In this document: positions 56,043 through 64,000 of the stretch, piece after piece | How positions within the stretch are numbered: the stretch's first letter is position 1 | How the letters are laid out: the number at the start of each line of letters is the position of its first letter | DNA from: a bacterium | GTDB taxonomy: Bacteria > Elusimicrobiota > Elusimicrobia > UBA1565 > UBA9628 | Assembly (NCBI GenBank): GCA_021810245.1 | Contig: JAJZJF010000002.1 | Span: forward strand, 1,594 to 65,593 | Direction of reading: 5' to 3' | Length of the DNA stretch: 64,000 nt | The notes under the pieces: model-generated | What the model was told of the DNA's origin: nothing | Database searches by the model: none | The model's input: only the letters and a program-made list of their open reading frames with translations | Position numbers and translations under genes: made by a program

Positions 56043-56614
56043 TGATCACCTTAGGCATTGATCCCGGCGTTTCCGAGACAGGCTGGGCTGTTTTAAACGG
56101 GGAGGAGGCGTCTTCTCCCAAACTCATCGCCTCCGGTCTTATCCGGACATTTCCCGCTCAAGCCTTGCCGGAACGGCTCGTTTACATCCACCATGAACTC
56201 AAGCGCGTCATTAGAGAACACGCGCCGGACGCCATTGCCATCGAAGAAATGTTTTTTTTGAAAGCCGCCCACACCGTGCGCGCCACTCTTCAAGCCCGCG
56301 GGGTTATTTTGTTGGCCGCGGCTTTAGCCGAGAAACCCGTTAAAGAATACAATCCGCGCACGGTTAAATTGACCTTAACCGGCAGCGGGACGGCGATTAA
56401 ATCTCAAATGCAATGGGCCATTCAGAGGGCTCTGGGCCTTAAAGAAACTCTTCACCCCGCCGATGTCGCCGATGCCGCCGCGATAGCCCTTTGTCATCTG
56501 AAATCAAGCCGGAATTCGCGCTTAAAGGTCGTTGAAAAATTTGGAAATTCAAACAAGATTCGCAACAATAAGGAGAATTTAAATGCCGCTTCATATCGAC
56601 ACGCCTCTTCTTGA
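56042..56614 (+). CDS. ruvC: Holliday junction resolvase RuvC
   Basis: ITLGIDPGVSETGWAV, AIEEMFF, ADAAAIALCH. TAATG overlap with yebC. Has a longer than usual basic C-terminal tail. Confidence 0.9.
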   Translation: MITLGIDPGVSETGWAVLNGEEASSPKLIASGLIRTFPAQALPERLVYIHHELKRVIREHAPDAIAIEEMFFLKAAHTVRATLQARGVILLAAALAEKPVKEYNPRTVKLTLTGSGTAIKSQMQWAIQRALGLKETLHPADVADAAAIALCHLKSSRNSRLKVVEKFGNSNKIRNNKENLNAASYRHASS

Positions 56615-57518
56615 GTCTCTTCCCATCAGCCGCATCGTCCATAAGCCGGTCTATCTCAAGATGGACGCATTGCAGCCTTCGGGTTCGTTTAAAATCCGCG
56701 GAATTGGCCACCTCTGCGAACAACTGGCGAAAATGGGGAAGACGCGCTTTGTCTCATCCTCCGGCGGAAACGCGGGGCTTGCCGCCGCTTACGCTGGACG
56801 GAAACTGGGAATCAAGACGACCGTCATCGTCCCGGAGACAACTCCGACCATGATGAGAGAAAGAATCGCGCTAGAAGGAGCGGAGGTTCGGGTTTTCGGA
56901 AAGGTTTGGGATGACGCGCATCAAGAGGCCTCGCGTTTGGCGCAAGACCCTAAGGTGGGGTATGTTCACCCCTTTGACAACCCCCTCATCTGGGAAGGCC
57001 ACGCAAGTCTGATCGATGAAATCGTCAAAGAAGGAATTAAACCGGGGGCTATCGCCGTCGCGGTCGGCGGTGGCGGGCTTCTCTGCGGAATTTTACAAGG
57101 CCTCCACAAACACGGGATGAAAGATATTCCCGTCATTGCCTGCGAGGTCAAAGGAGCGGCGACACTCAAGGCTTCCTTGGAAGCCGGGAAACTGGTCTCG
57201 CTAGACAAAGTTCAAACCATCGCGACTAGCCTTGGAACCAAAATCATAACTCCCGAAGCTTTAAACTGGACCCAAAAGCACCGCGTCATCGATGAGGTCG
57301 TCTCTGATAGCGACACGGTCGAGGCCTGTCTTAAATTCGCCGATGATCACCGCGTCTTGGTTGAACCCGCCTGCGGCGCGGCGCTGGCGCCGCTTTATCA
57401 TAACGCGCCCATCCTTAAGGAATTTTCATCTCTTCTCGCCATCGTCTGCGGCGGCGTCGGCGTCAGTCTCAATCAACTTGAGATATGGAGAAAGCAATTC
57501 AACAAGGTTCCAGCCTGA
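56583..57518 (+). CDS. PLP-dependent serine/threonine dehydratase
   Basis: PLP-lysine motif QPSGSFKIRG and glycine loop SSSGGNAG. RBS AAGGAG. Confidence 0.85.
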   Translation: MPLHIDTPLLESLPISRIVHKPVYLKMDALQPSGSFKIRGIGHLCEQLAKMGKTRFVSSSGGNAGLAAAYAGRKLGIKTTVIVPETTPTMMRERIALEGAEVRVFGKVWDDAHQEASRLAQDPKVGYVHPFDNPLIWEGHASLIDEIVKEGIKPGAIAVAVGGGGLLCGILQGLHKHGMKDIPVIACEVKGAATLKASLEAGKLVSLDKVQTIATSLGTKIITPEALNWTQKHRVIDEVVSDSDTVEACLKFADDHRVLVEPACGAALAPLYHNAPILKEFSSLLAIVCGGVGVSLNQLEIWRKQFNKVPA

Positions 57519-57553
57519 GTTCGCCCAAGCTGCTATAATAATTAATTGAATTT

Positions 57554-57640
57554 GGAGAGGTGGCCGAGCGGTTTAAGGCGCCGGTCTTGAAAACCGGTAG
57601 GGGTTCACGCCCCTCGTGGGTTCGAATCCCACCCTCTCCG
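57554..57640 (+). tRNA. tRNA-Ser (anticodon TGA)
   Basis: GGAGAGG acceptor stem, anticodon loop CTTGAAA, long variable arm (GTAGGGGTTCACGCCCCTCGT), T-arm GGGTTCGAATCCC. CCA is not encoded. Confidence 0.9.
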
Positions 57641-57851
57641 TTTTATATAGGAAGGATTCGAAGCTGATGGTAAGTGCTGGGGCGATTTTTTCCAAATCCT
57701 CATTCCACAACACTCTCGCGAAATAGTCAAAATCTCTTCTCATTTCAACGCGCAGCCCTGCGGCTTGTTTTGAAGAAACGCGGCCTTCGCTTCCTGCGTT
57801 GCATTAGCACCTTGAATTCACCTGACGGAGATTTATTGAAAAAATTCCCCC

Positions 57852-57880
57852 TTGCAAATTTTCCGGGGGCCTGCTATAGT
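57852..57880 (+). promoter_or_regulatory. Near-consensus sigma70 promoter giving a leaderless transcript
   Basis: TTGCAA (57852-57857), 17-nt spacer, TATAGT (57875-57880). The ATG at 57888 lies only 7 nt downstream and there is no Shine-Dalgarno sequence. Confidence 0.55.
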
Positions 57881-57887
57881 TTAAGAG

Positions 57888-58244
57888 ATGGCTTTTATGA
57901 AAGGTCGGCTTTGGCAGGGCGCTTTGCGCGGCTTAAGCGCATTGTTTCTCATCACAGCCCTGATCCCCCTCCCGTTGCCCCTCTGCGCCTCGATGCCTTG
58001 CTGCGCGGCTAAATCCTGCCCCGCAAAACCCTGTCATAACGCCAAAACCTGCCATATTCAAAAGACGCCCTTCTTTCGCGTCTCCGCGCAATCTTCGCGC
58101 CCGCAAAAAACAAATCCAATCTTTGTCTCTTTTCTTTTATCGCCCCCCCAAGCGTTTGTTTCTTTAACTCTTGATCGGCTTCCATTGACACACTCCCCGC
58201 CCGGATATTTCCTCTCTCTCGGACGTTCCCCGCCCCTGGCCTAG
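57888..58244 (+). CDS. Small exported Cys/His-rich protein upstream of the cus-like operon
   Basis: Signal-like N-terminus, then CASMPCCAAKSCPAKPCHNAKTCH (7 Cys and 2 His in 24 residues). Its position before the heavy-metal RND operon suggests a metal-related role. Confidence 0.45.
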   Translation: MAFMKGRLWQGALRGLSALFLITALIPLPLPLCASMPCCAAKSCPAKPCHNAKTCHIQKTPFFRVSAQSSRPQKTNPIFVSFLLSPPQAFVSLTLDRLPLTHSPPGYFLSLGRSPPLA

Positions 58245-58298
58245 AAATCTCTCGGCCTTCTGTCTTCCGCTTAATCAATATCTTCTAAAGGAGAAAAA

Positions 58299-59543
58299 GT
58301 GTTTAAAATTTTAATCTTGATATTTTCAGCCTCTTCAGTCTGGGGAAGCGAGATTCCTAGCCACAACCTAGATTCTCTCATTCATCTCGCTCTCAAGAAT
58401 AATCCCTCCATACTCGAGGCCAAGGAACATTGGAAATCATTAATGGCACAAGTGCCGGCGGCGGCGACGTGGGAAGACCCCCAGATCGGCTTTGAGCGCA
58501 TGAATTATCAGGGCGGAGCCGGCGGAAACTATTGGTCCGTGGCCCAAAACGTGCCCTTCCCGGGAAAACTTTCCCAAGCCGCCAAGATGAAGCGCCATGA
58601 GGCGATGATCGCCTATCAAAAGTACCGCGCCGCCGAGCTTGATATCGCATCCCAAGTCGCCGTCGAATACTACCGCATTTTCTGGCTGAGAGAAACGTCT
58701 TCGATCCTCAAAAAGGACTCCGATCTCCTGCGCGGAATCGCCCAAGTGGCCCAAGCCTCCGTCGCCTCGGGGCGCGCAAGCTCAGATGAAGCGCTGTCGG
58801 CAAGAGCGGCATTTCTCAAAGTCAAAGACGCGGCGATGGAAAGAGAAAACGAAAGCCTCATCGAAGAAGAATCCTTAAACGCCCTTTTATCCCGCCCCGC
58901 TGGAACGAGGTGGATTCTCGCTAGGCCCGAAGACCCGCGCCCGGTTGAAGCGACTCCCCAGGAACTGGATCAACTCGCCAAGGAAATGAGTCCCGATTAT
59001 GCCTTAGCTCTTCATGAAATCATGCATGCCAAAGCGATGGTCGCTTTAGGCCGCCTAGGATTTCTCCCTGATTTTCAATTCTCGATGACTCAGGAAGCGC
59101 GGCCCTACGTCGCGACGATGGAAGACAGCGCCTACGGAGTCAATCTCTCCATTCCCATTTGGTTTTGGAAGCAGAATTCTCTCCTCAAGGCCGCCAAGGC
59201 CCACAAAAAAGAAGCCGAGGCCTCATCACAAGAAGCCGTCAACGAAACGCTCAGGCAAGTTCATTCCGAACTCATTGAAGTAAACTTAAGAAGCGCTTTA
59301 GCCTTGAGTTACAAGCGAGAAATTATCCCGCTTGCGCAAAGCGCGTTCAAAATAACGGAAAAAAACTATGAAACAGGCCGTGCCAATTTTTCCAAACTCT
59401 CGGACAGCGTCCGCGCGCTTCTGGACGCCGAGCTCAAATATCCCGAGGAAGTCAATCTTTACGGAGAGCATCTGGCGAAACTCGAACGCGCCGTTGGCGG
59501 AAGCGTTCCATTCTCGACTAAAAAAGGAGAATCCAACCCATGA
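58299..59543 (+). CDS. TolC-family outer membrane efflux protein (CusC-like)
   Basis: Signal peptide and two OEP-type helical repeats. First gene of the OMF-MFP-RND operon. GTG start behind AAGGAG. Confidence 0.8.
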   Translation: MFKILILIFSASSVWGSEIPSHNLDSLIHLALKNNPSILEAKEHWKSLMAQVPAAATWEDPQIGFERMNYQGGAGGNYWSVAQNVPFPGKLSQAAKMKRHEAMIAYQKYRAAELDIASQVAVEYYRIFWLRETSSILKKDSDLLRGIAQVAQASVASGRASSDEALSARAAFLKVKDAAMERENESLIEEESLNALLSRPAGTRWILARPEDPRPVEATPQELDQLAKEMSPDYALALHEIMHAKAMVALGRLGFLPDFQFSMTQEARPYVATMEDSAYGVNLSIPIWFWKQNSLLKAAKAHKKEAEASSQEAVNETLRQVHSELIEVNLRSALALSYKREIIPLAQSAFKITEKNYETGRANFSKLSDSVRALLDAELKYPEEVNLYGEHLAKLERAVGGSVPFSTKKGESNP

Positions 59544-60661
59544 AAATCAAAAAAATATTTTTTCTCGGATCCGCTTTTTTTCTCATCGGAGTTTCCGCCG
59601 TTTATTTTAAGCGGATAAATTCAGGAGAAGCCGCCGCTGAAAAAAGACCTCCTCAAAAAACCCTCTACCAATGCCCCATGCACCCTCAAATTATCCGCGA
59701 CCGGCCCGGACAATGCCCCATCTGCGGAATGGATCTAAGGCCCATGGATAAAATAAAAGAGAAAACCGACGGCGTTCTGGGAAGGGCCCCCGTCGCTCTA
59801 TCGCCCCAACGCCTGCAGCTTATCGGCGTGACTTACGGTAAGGCCAAAATACGCTCTTTAACCAGACGCATACAAGCCCCCGGGCGCATCGCTTATGACC
59901 CGCAGCTCTATGAGGCCCTTGAAGAATACCGCCAAGCTCTCAAGGCTCTAAACTCGGCTCAAGGGAGCCCTCAAGGCTCGGACCTTTCTTGGGCGCGATC
60001 AATGAAAAAAGCGACGATCTTAAAGCTAAAACTCCTCGGCCTTTCCCCGGCGCAGGTTTCAGCCTGGGCCAAGGACCCAAGCCTGGATCAAGGGCTTTTG
60101 CTTGGAAAGCGCGGACAAGCGGTTTGGGTTTACGCGGATATTTATGAATATGATTTGCCGTTCGTGCGTCCGGGAATGTCCCTGCAGGTCAAATCGGAAA
60201 CTCTCCCCGGAAAATCATGGATGACGAAGGTTCTCTCGATAGACCCCGTGATCAATCCCAAAACCCGCACCGCGCGCCTTAGGGCGCGCCTCGATGACGT
60301 TCTCGGCCTTTTAAAGCCGGGAACTTACGTGGATGTCGCTATTGATTCGCCGCTGGGAAATCATCTGAGCGTGCCGGAAAGCGCGGTGTTAGACACCGGA
60401 GACCGCCAATACGTGTTTATCGTCAAGGAAGACGGAACTCTTAAGCCTCAAGCGGTGGAATTGGGAAACAAAGCCGAGGGCTATGACGAAATTCTATCGG
60501 GCCTCAATCCCGGAGAAACGGTGTCCACCTCGGCTAATTTTTTGATTGACGCGGAATCTCAATTTCAGTCCGCCATCGAGTCTTTCGCGAAACCAGGCCA
60601 AGACTCCAAAAACGCCGCACCCTCGGACTCAATGGGCTCCATGCCCGGGATGAAGATGTGA
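59540..60661 (+). CDS. Membrane fusion (periplasmic adaptor) protein, CusB-like, with N-terminal CxxC metal-binding domain
   Basis: [24 protein letters not shown] heavy-metal-binding module, then an HlyD/MFP barrel-sandwich. ATGA overlap with the OMF gene. Confidence 0.85.
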   Translation: MKIKKIFFLGSAFFLIGVSAVYFKRINSGEAAAEKRPPQKTLYQCPMHPQIIRDRPGQCPICGMDLRPMDKIKEKTDGVLGRAPVALSPQRLQLIGVTYGKAKIRSLTRRIQAPGRIAYDPQLYEALEEYRQALKALNSAQGSPQGSDLSWARSMKKATILKLKLLGLSPAQVSAWAKDPSLDQGLLLGKRGQAVWVYADIYEYDLPFVRPGMSLQVKSETLPGKSWMTKVLSIDPVINPKTRTARLRARLDDVLGLLKPGTYVDVAIDSPLGNHLSVPESAVLDTGDRQYVFIVKEDGTLKPQAVELGNKAEGYDEILSGLNPGETVSTSANFLIDAESQFQSAIESFAKPGQDSKNAAPSDSMGSMPGMKM

Positions 60662-60685
60662 TGACGAATTTCACGGTAAAAAAAG

Positions 60686-60709
60686 AAGGCCTCGGAAAAC
60701 CGAGGCCTT
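60686..60709 (+). promoter_or_regulatory. Perfect 10-bp intercistronic hairpin between MFP and RND genes
   Basis: AAGGCCTCGG-AAAA-CCGAGGCCTT. An A-tract precedes it, but no T-tract follows it on the + strand. Confidence 0.6.
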
Positions 60710-60781
60710 GGATAGTTCAACGATTGGCGTCTCTCACTTTTTATTATAGCGCCGATATTTCGATTGCAAAGGAGAGCGCTT

Positions 60782-63700
60782 ATGATCTCTAAAATCATCT
60801 CGTTTTCGGCGCGCAATAAATTTCTGGTCATTCTTTTGACTCTCTCGGCCCTGGCATATGCCTCTTATACGGTCAGAAGAATGCCGCTTGACGCGCTGCC
60901 GGATTTATCGGACACTCAAGTGATCATCGCCTCAAAATGGGATCAATCTCCCGAAGTTTTAGAAGATCAGGTGACTTATCCGATCGTCTCGGCTCTTTTG
61001 GGCGCGCCCAAAGTTAAGGCAATTCGCGCGACCAATGAATTTGGAGTGTCTTTAGTTTACGTGATTTTTGAAGACGGAACCGACCTCTATTGGGCGCGCT
61101 CGCGCGTTTTGGAATATCTTTCTAAAATCATCCCGGATCTTCCCAAGGGAGTCAAAACCGCATTGGGACCGGACGCGACAAGTCTTGGCTGGGTCTATCA
61201 GTACGCGCTGGTGGATGATTCCAAAGCGCTGGATTTGTCCCAGCTTCGCGCGCTTCAAGACTGGCATATCCGCTACCAGCTTCAAAGCGTCCCCGGCGTC
61301 TCTGAAGTGGCGTCCATCGGCGGATATGAAAAAGAATATCAGGTCAAAATCAATCCCCGCGCTCTCTGGAGCTACCATATTTCTCTCACCAGGGTTCTCA
61401 AAGCCGTTTCAGAATCAAATAGCGAAGCCGGCGGCGGCACGATCGAATTTTCCGGGCGAGAATTCATGATTTTAGGGCGCGGTTATCTCAAAGGAATTCG
61501 CGATATCGAGCAAACATCGGTCGGGCGCGACCCCGAAACGGGAACGCCTGTTTTGGTTAAAGATATCTCGACAGTCAGCCTGGGACCCGCGCGAAGGCGC
61601 GGCGTCGGAGAATTCAACGGCCTTGGCGACGCCGTCAGCGGAGTCGTCATCATGCGAAGCGGCGTCAACGCGTTAAACGTGATTGATCGCGTCAAAGAAA
61701 AAATAAAAGAGATTTCTCCCTCTTTGCCGCCCGGGGTTCGCATCATCCCCGTTTATGACCGATCGGGCCTCATCCACCGGGCTATTGGGACTCTCAAGAA
61801 AACGCTGTTTGAGGAAATGTTGATCGTCAGCTTGGTGATTCTTTTGTTTTTATGGCATCCGCCTTCGGCCCTAGTTCCGATTCTGACAATTCCGGTTTCC
61901 GTTTTCTTGGCTTTTATCCCGATGGCGGCTTTGGGGCTGACTACCAACATCATGTCTCTTTCCGGCATCGCGATCTCAATTGGAATTCTCGTTGACGGCG
62001 CGATTGTCGAGGTCGAAAACGCCTACAAGCGTCTTGAGGAATGGCAAGCGGCCGGACGGAAGGGAGATTTTCATGAGGTGAGACTCAAAGCCCTGATGGA
62101 AGTCGGTCCCTCGGTTTTTTTCTCGCTTCTGGTGATCGCCGCGGCTTTTCTGCCAATCTTTGCCTTGACCGGCCAAGAAGGCCGATTGTTTAAGCCTCTT
62201 GCCTATTCAAAGACATTCGCCATGGCGATCGCGGCGATTTTAGCCGTGACTTTAGATCCCGCGGTCCGAATGCTTTTTACCAGAATGAATGAATTCCAGA
62301 TAAATCCGCGCTGGCTTAAGTCAACCCTCAACGCCCTTTTTGTCGGTCATTATTATCCGGAAGAGAAACACCCCATCAGCCGCCGGCTTTTTAAAATTTA
62401 TTCGCCGGCGGTCAATTGGGTCTTGGAAAATCCCCGCCTGACAATTCTCGCCTCCCTGGGAATTTTTATTTCGACATTGCCGCTTTTATGGCGATTGGGA
62501 TCTGAATTTATGCCTCCGCTCAATGAGGGGACCATCCTTTATATGCCGACCACTCTTCCAGGAATCTCGATCACCGAAGCCCGGCGCGTCCTTCAAATTC
62601 AAGATGAAATCCTCAAATCATTCCCCGAGGTTAAAACGGTTTACGGCAAGGCGGGCCGCGCCGAAACCGCGACCGATCCCGCGCCCTTGTCCATGATGGA
62701 AACGACCGTCGTTTTAAAGCCCAGAAAATTTTGGCCCACAACGCCTTGTTTCGGCGGGATATGGAAATGCCGCCTAAGCTATCAGCAACTAATCTCTCAA
62801 ATGGATCAAAAATTAAAAATTCCGGGGTTCCCCAACATTTGGACGCAGCCCATTCGGAACCGCATCGACATGCTCTCAACGGGAATGAGAACGCCCGTTG
62901 GAATCAAAATTTTCGGCCCGGATTTATCCGTCATTCAAAATATCGGAACTCAAATTGAGGGCGCGCTGAACGCAATTCCTGAAACAAGGCACGCCGTGGC
63001 AGAAAGGTCCGCTCAAGGCTATTACGCCGACATCATTTTAAAGCGACGGGCTTTGGCGCGCTACGGGCTTTCGGTTGATGACGCCAATTCGATGATCGCC
63101 GCGGCCTTGGGAGGCGAGCGCGTGACGACGACTATCGAGGGCCGCGATCGTTTTCCGGTGAGCGTGCGCTACGCTCCGGACTTTAGAAACAATTTGAGAA
63201 AAATCGGGGAAGTTTTGGTCCCCGTATCAAAAAACGAGCAAATTCCATTAGCCGAGATCGCCGAAATCCGGATGCGCCAGGGTCCCGACATGATTCGGGA
63301 TGAAAACGGGGAACTTTCGGGATACGTCTACGTGGACCTTAAAACCTCCGACATCGGGGGCTACGTCAAAAAAGCGCGAGCCGCGATTAAAAAATCGGTC
63401 TCTTTCCCCCCGGGATACCGCTATGAGTTCAGCGGGCAATACAAACAAATGAAAAAGGCCGAGAAAAAACTTCTCGTCGTCGGCCCGCTCGCTCTTTTTC
63501 TGATTGTATTGCTTCTCTACTTTAACACCGGTTCATGGATGGAAGCGGCCATGGTCCTCGCCGCCGTGCCCTTTTCCGCCGTCGGAGCGATTTGGCTGTT
63601 GTGGATTTTGGGATATCACCTCTCCATAGCTGTCTGGGTCGGCTTTATCGCTCTTTTAGGTCTTGATGCCGAAACTGGCATCTTCATGCTTCTCTATCTC

Positions 63701-63991
63701 AATCTCGAAAGACGCGCGCGCGCCGCTGCCGGGCGTCTTAACACGATGGCCGATCTTAAAGAAGCGATTCATGACGGCGCGGCCAAACGCCTGCGCCCAA
63801 AAATGATGACGGTCTCTTGCGCCTTTCTGGGACTTCTTCCGGCTCTATGGTCTAATGGCGCAGGCTCTGATATGATGAAGCGAATCGCCGCCCCCATGGT
63901 CGGCGGGCTTTTTACCTCATTTATCCTGGAACTTCTCGTCTATCCCGCGATCTACCTTTTGTGGCATGGGCGGGAAATTACCGAGCAATAA
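60782..63991 (+). CDS. Heavy-metal efflux RND pump, CusA/CzcA family
   Basis: MISKIISFSARNKFLV is the typical HME-RND N-terminus. 12-TM RND architecture. ATG 60782 behind AAGGAGAG is preferred over the track's TTG 60764. Confidence 0.9.
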   Translation: MISKIISFSARNKFLVILLTLSALAYASYTVRRMPLDALPDLSDTQVIIASKWDQSPEVLEDQVTYPIVSALLGAPKVKAIRATNEFGVSLVYVIFEDGTDLYWARSRVLEYLSKIIPDLPKGVKTALGPDATSLGWVYQYALVDDSKALDLSQLRALQDWHIRYQLQSVPGVSEVASIGGYEKEYQVKINPRALWSYHISLTRVLKAVSESNSEAGGGTIEFSGREFMILGRGYLKGIRDIEQTSVGRDPETGTPVLVKDISTVSLGPARRRGVGEFNGLGDAVSGVVIMRSGVNALNVIDRVKEKIKEISPSLPPGVRIIPVYDRSGLIHRAIGTLKKTLFEEMLIVSLVILLFLWHPPSALVPILTIPVSVFLAFIPMAALGLTTNIMSLSGIAISIGILVDGAIVEVENAYKRLEEWQAAGRKGDFHEVRLKALMEVGPSVFFSLLVIAAAFLPIFALTGQEGRLFKPLAYSKTFAMAIAAILAVTLDPAVRMLFTRMNEFQINPRWLKSTLNALFVGHYYPEEKHPISRRLFKIYSPAVNWVLENPRLTILASLGIFISTLPLLWRLGSEFMPPLNEGTILYMPTTLPGISITEARRVLQIQDEILKSFPEVKTVYGKAGRAETATDPAPLSMMETTVVLKPRKFWPTTPCFGGIWKCRLSYQQLISQMDQKLKIPGFPNIWTQPIRNRIDMLSTGMRTPVGIKIFGPDLSVIQNIGTQIEGALNAIPETRHAVAERSAQGYYADIILKRRALARYGLSVDDANSMIAAALGGERVTTTIEGRDRFPVSVRYAPDFRNNLRKIGEVLVPVSKNEQIPLAEIAEIRMRQGPDMIRDENGELSGYVYVDLKTSDIGGYVKKARAAIKKSVSFPPGYRYEFSGQYKQMKKAEKKLLVVGPLALFLIVLLLYFNTGSWMEAAMVLAAVPFSAVGAIWLLWILGYHLSIAVWVGFIALLGLDAETGIFMLLYLNLERRARAAAGRLNTMADLKEAIHDGAAKRLRPKMMTVSCAFLGLLPALWSNGAGSDMMKRIAAPMVGGLFTSFILELLVYPAIYLLWHGREITEQ

Positions 63992-64000
63992 AATTCTGCG

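Overview
This 64-kb window comes from a diderm bacterium, judging by its LPS heptosyltransferase, ExbB/ExbD/TonB, AsmA, lipoprotein, hopanoid and Cus-type RND efflux genes. Most of it is ordinary chromosome. From left to right: a large TPR protein; a GldA/F/G-like ABC module with a DUF4340 gene; a secreted ankyrin-caspase protein; feoAB; housekeeping genes (engB, a pseudouridine synthase, orn, yebC, ruvC); a four-lipoprotein cluster; a translationally coupled shc-hpnH-hpnA-hpnG-ispA-dxs-ispH hopanoid/MEP operon; exbBD-tonB; two APC permeases; and a cusCBA-like operon. The main feature is a ~16.3-kb island (12868-29150) inserted in the 3' half of an initiator-like tRNA-Met gene and bounded by a perfect 46-bp direct repeat. 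The island carries two paralogous tyrosine integrases, an HTH-Panacea antitoxin with a RelE-like toxin, a retron-type reverse transcriptase operon, a type I R-M operon, an IS630 remnant, a replication-relaxation gene and an AbiEi/AbiEii pair. The retron operon (small unknown protein, XRE HTH, RT) lies behind a 516-bp hairpin-rich non-coding leader and is divergent from a leaderless pair of small membrane proteins. The R-M operon (hsdR-hsdM-hsdS) carries an unrecognisable 392-aa fourth cistron. The best candidates for something undescribed are the retron/membrane-protein locus (15554-18546) and the R-M-attached orphan gene (18592-19770). All calls come from reading the sequence and the ORF translations by eye; no searches or folding programs were run.
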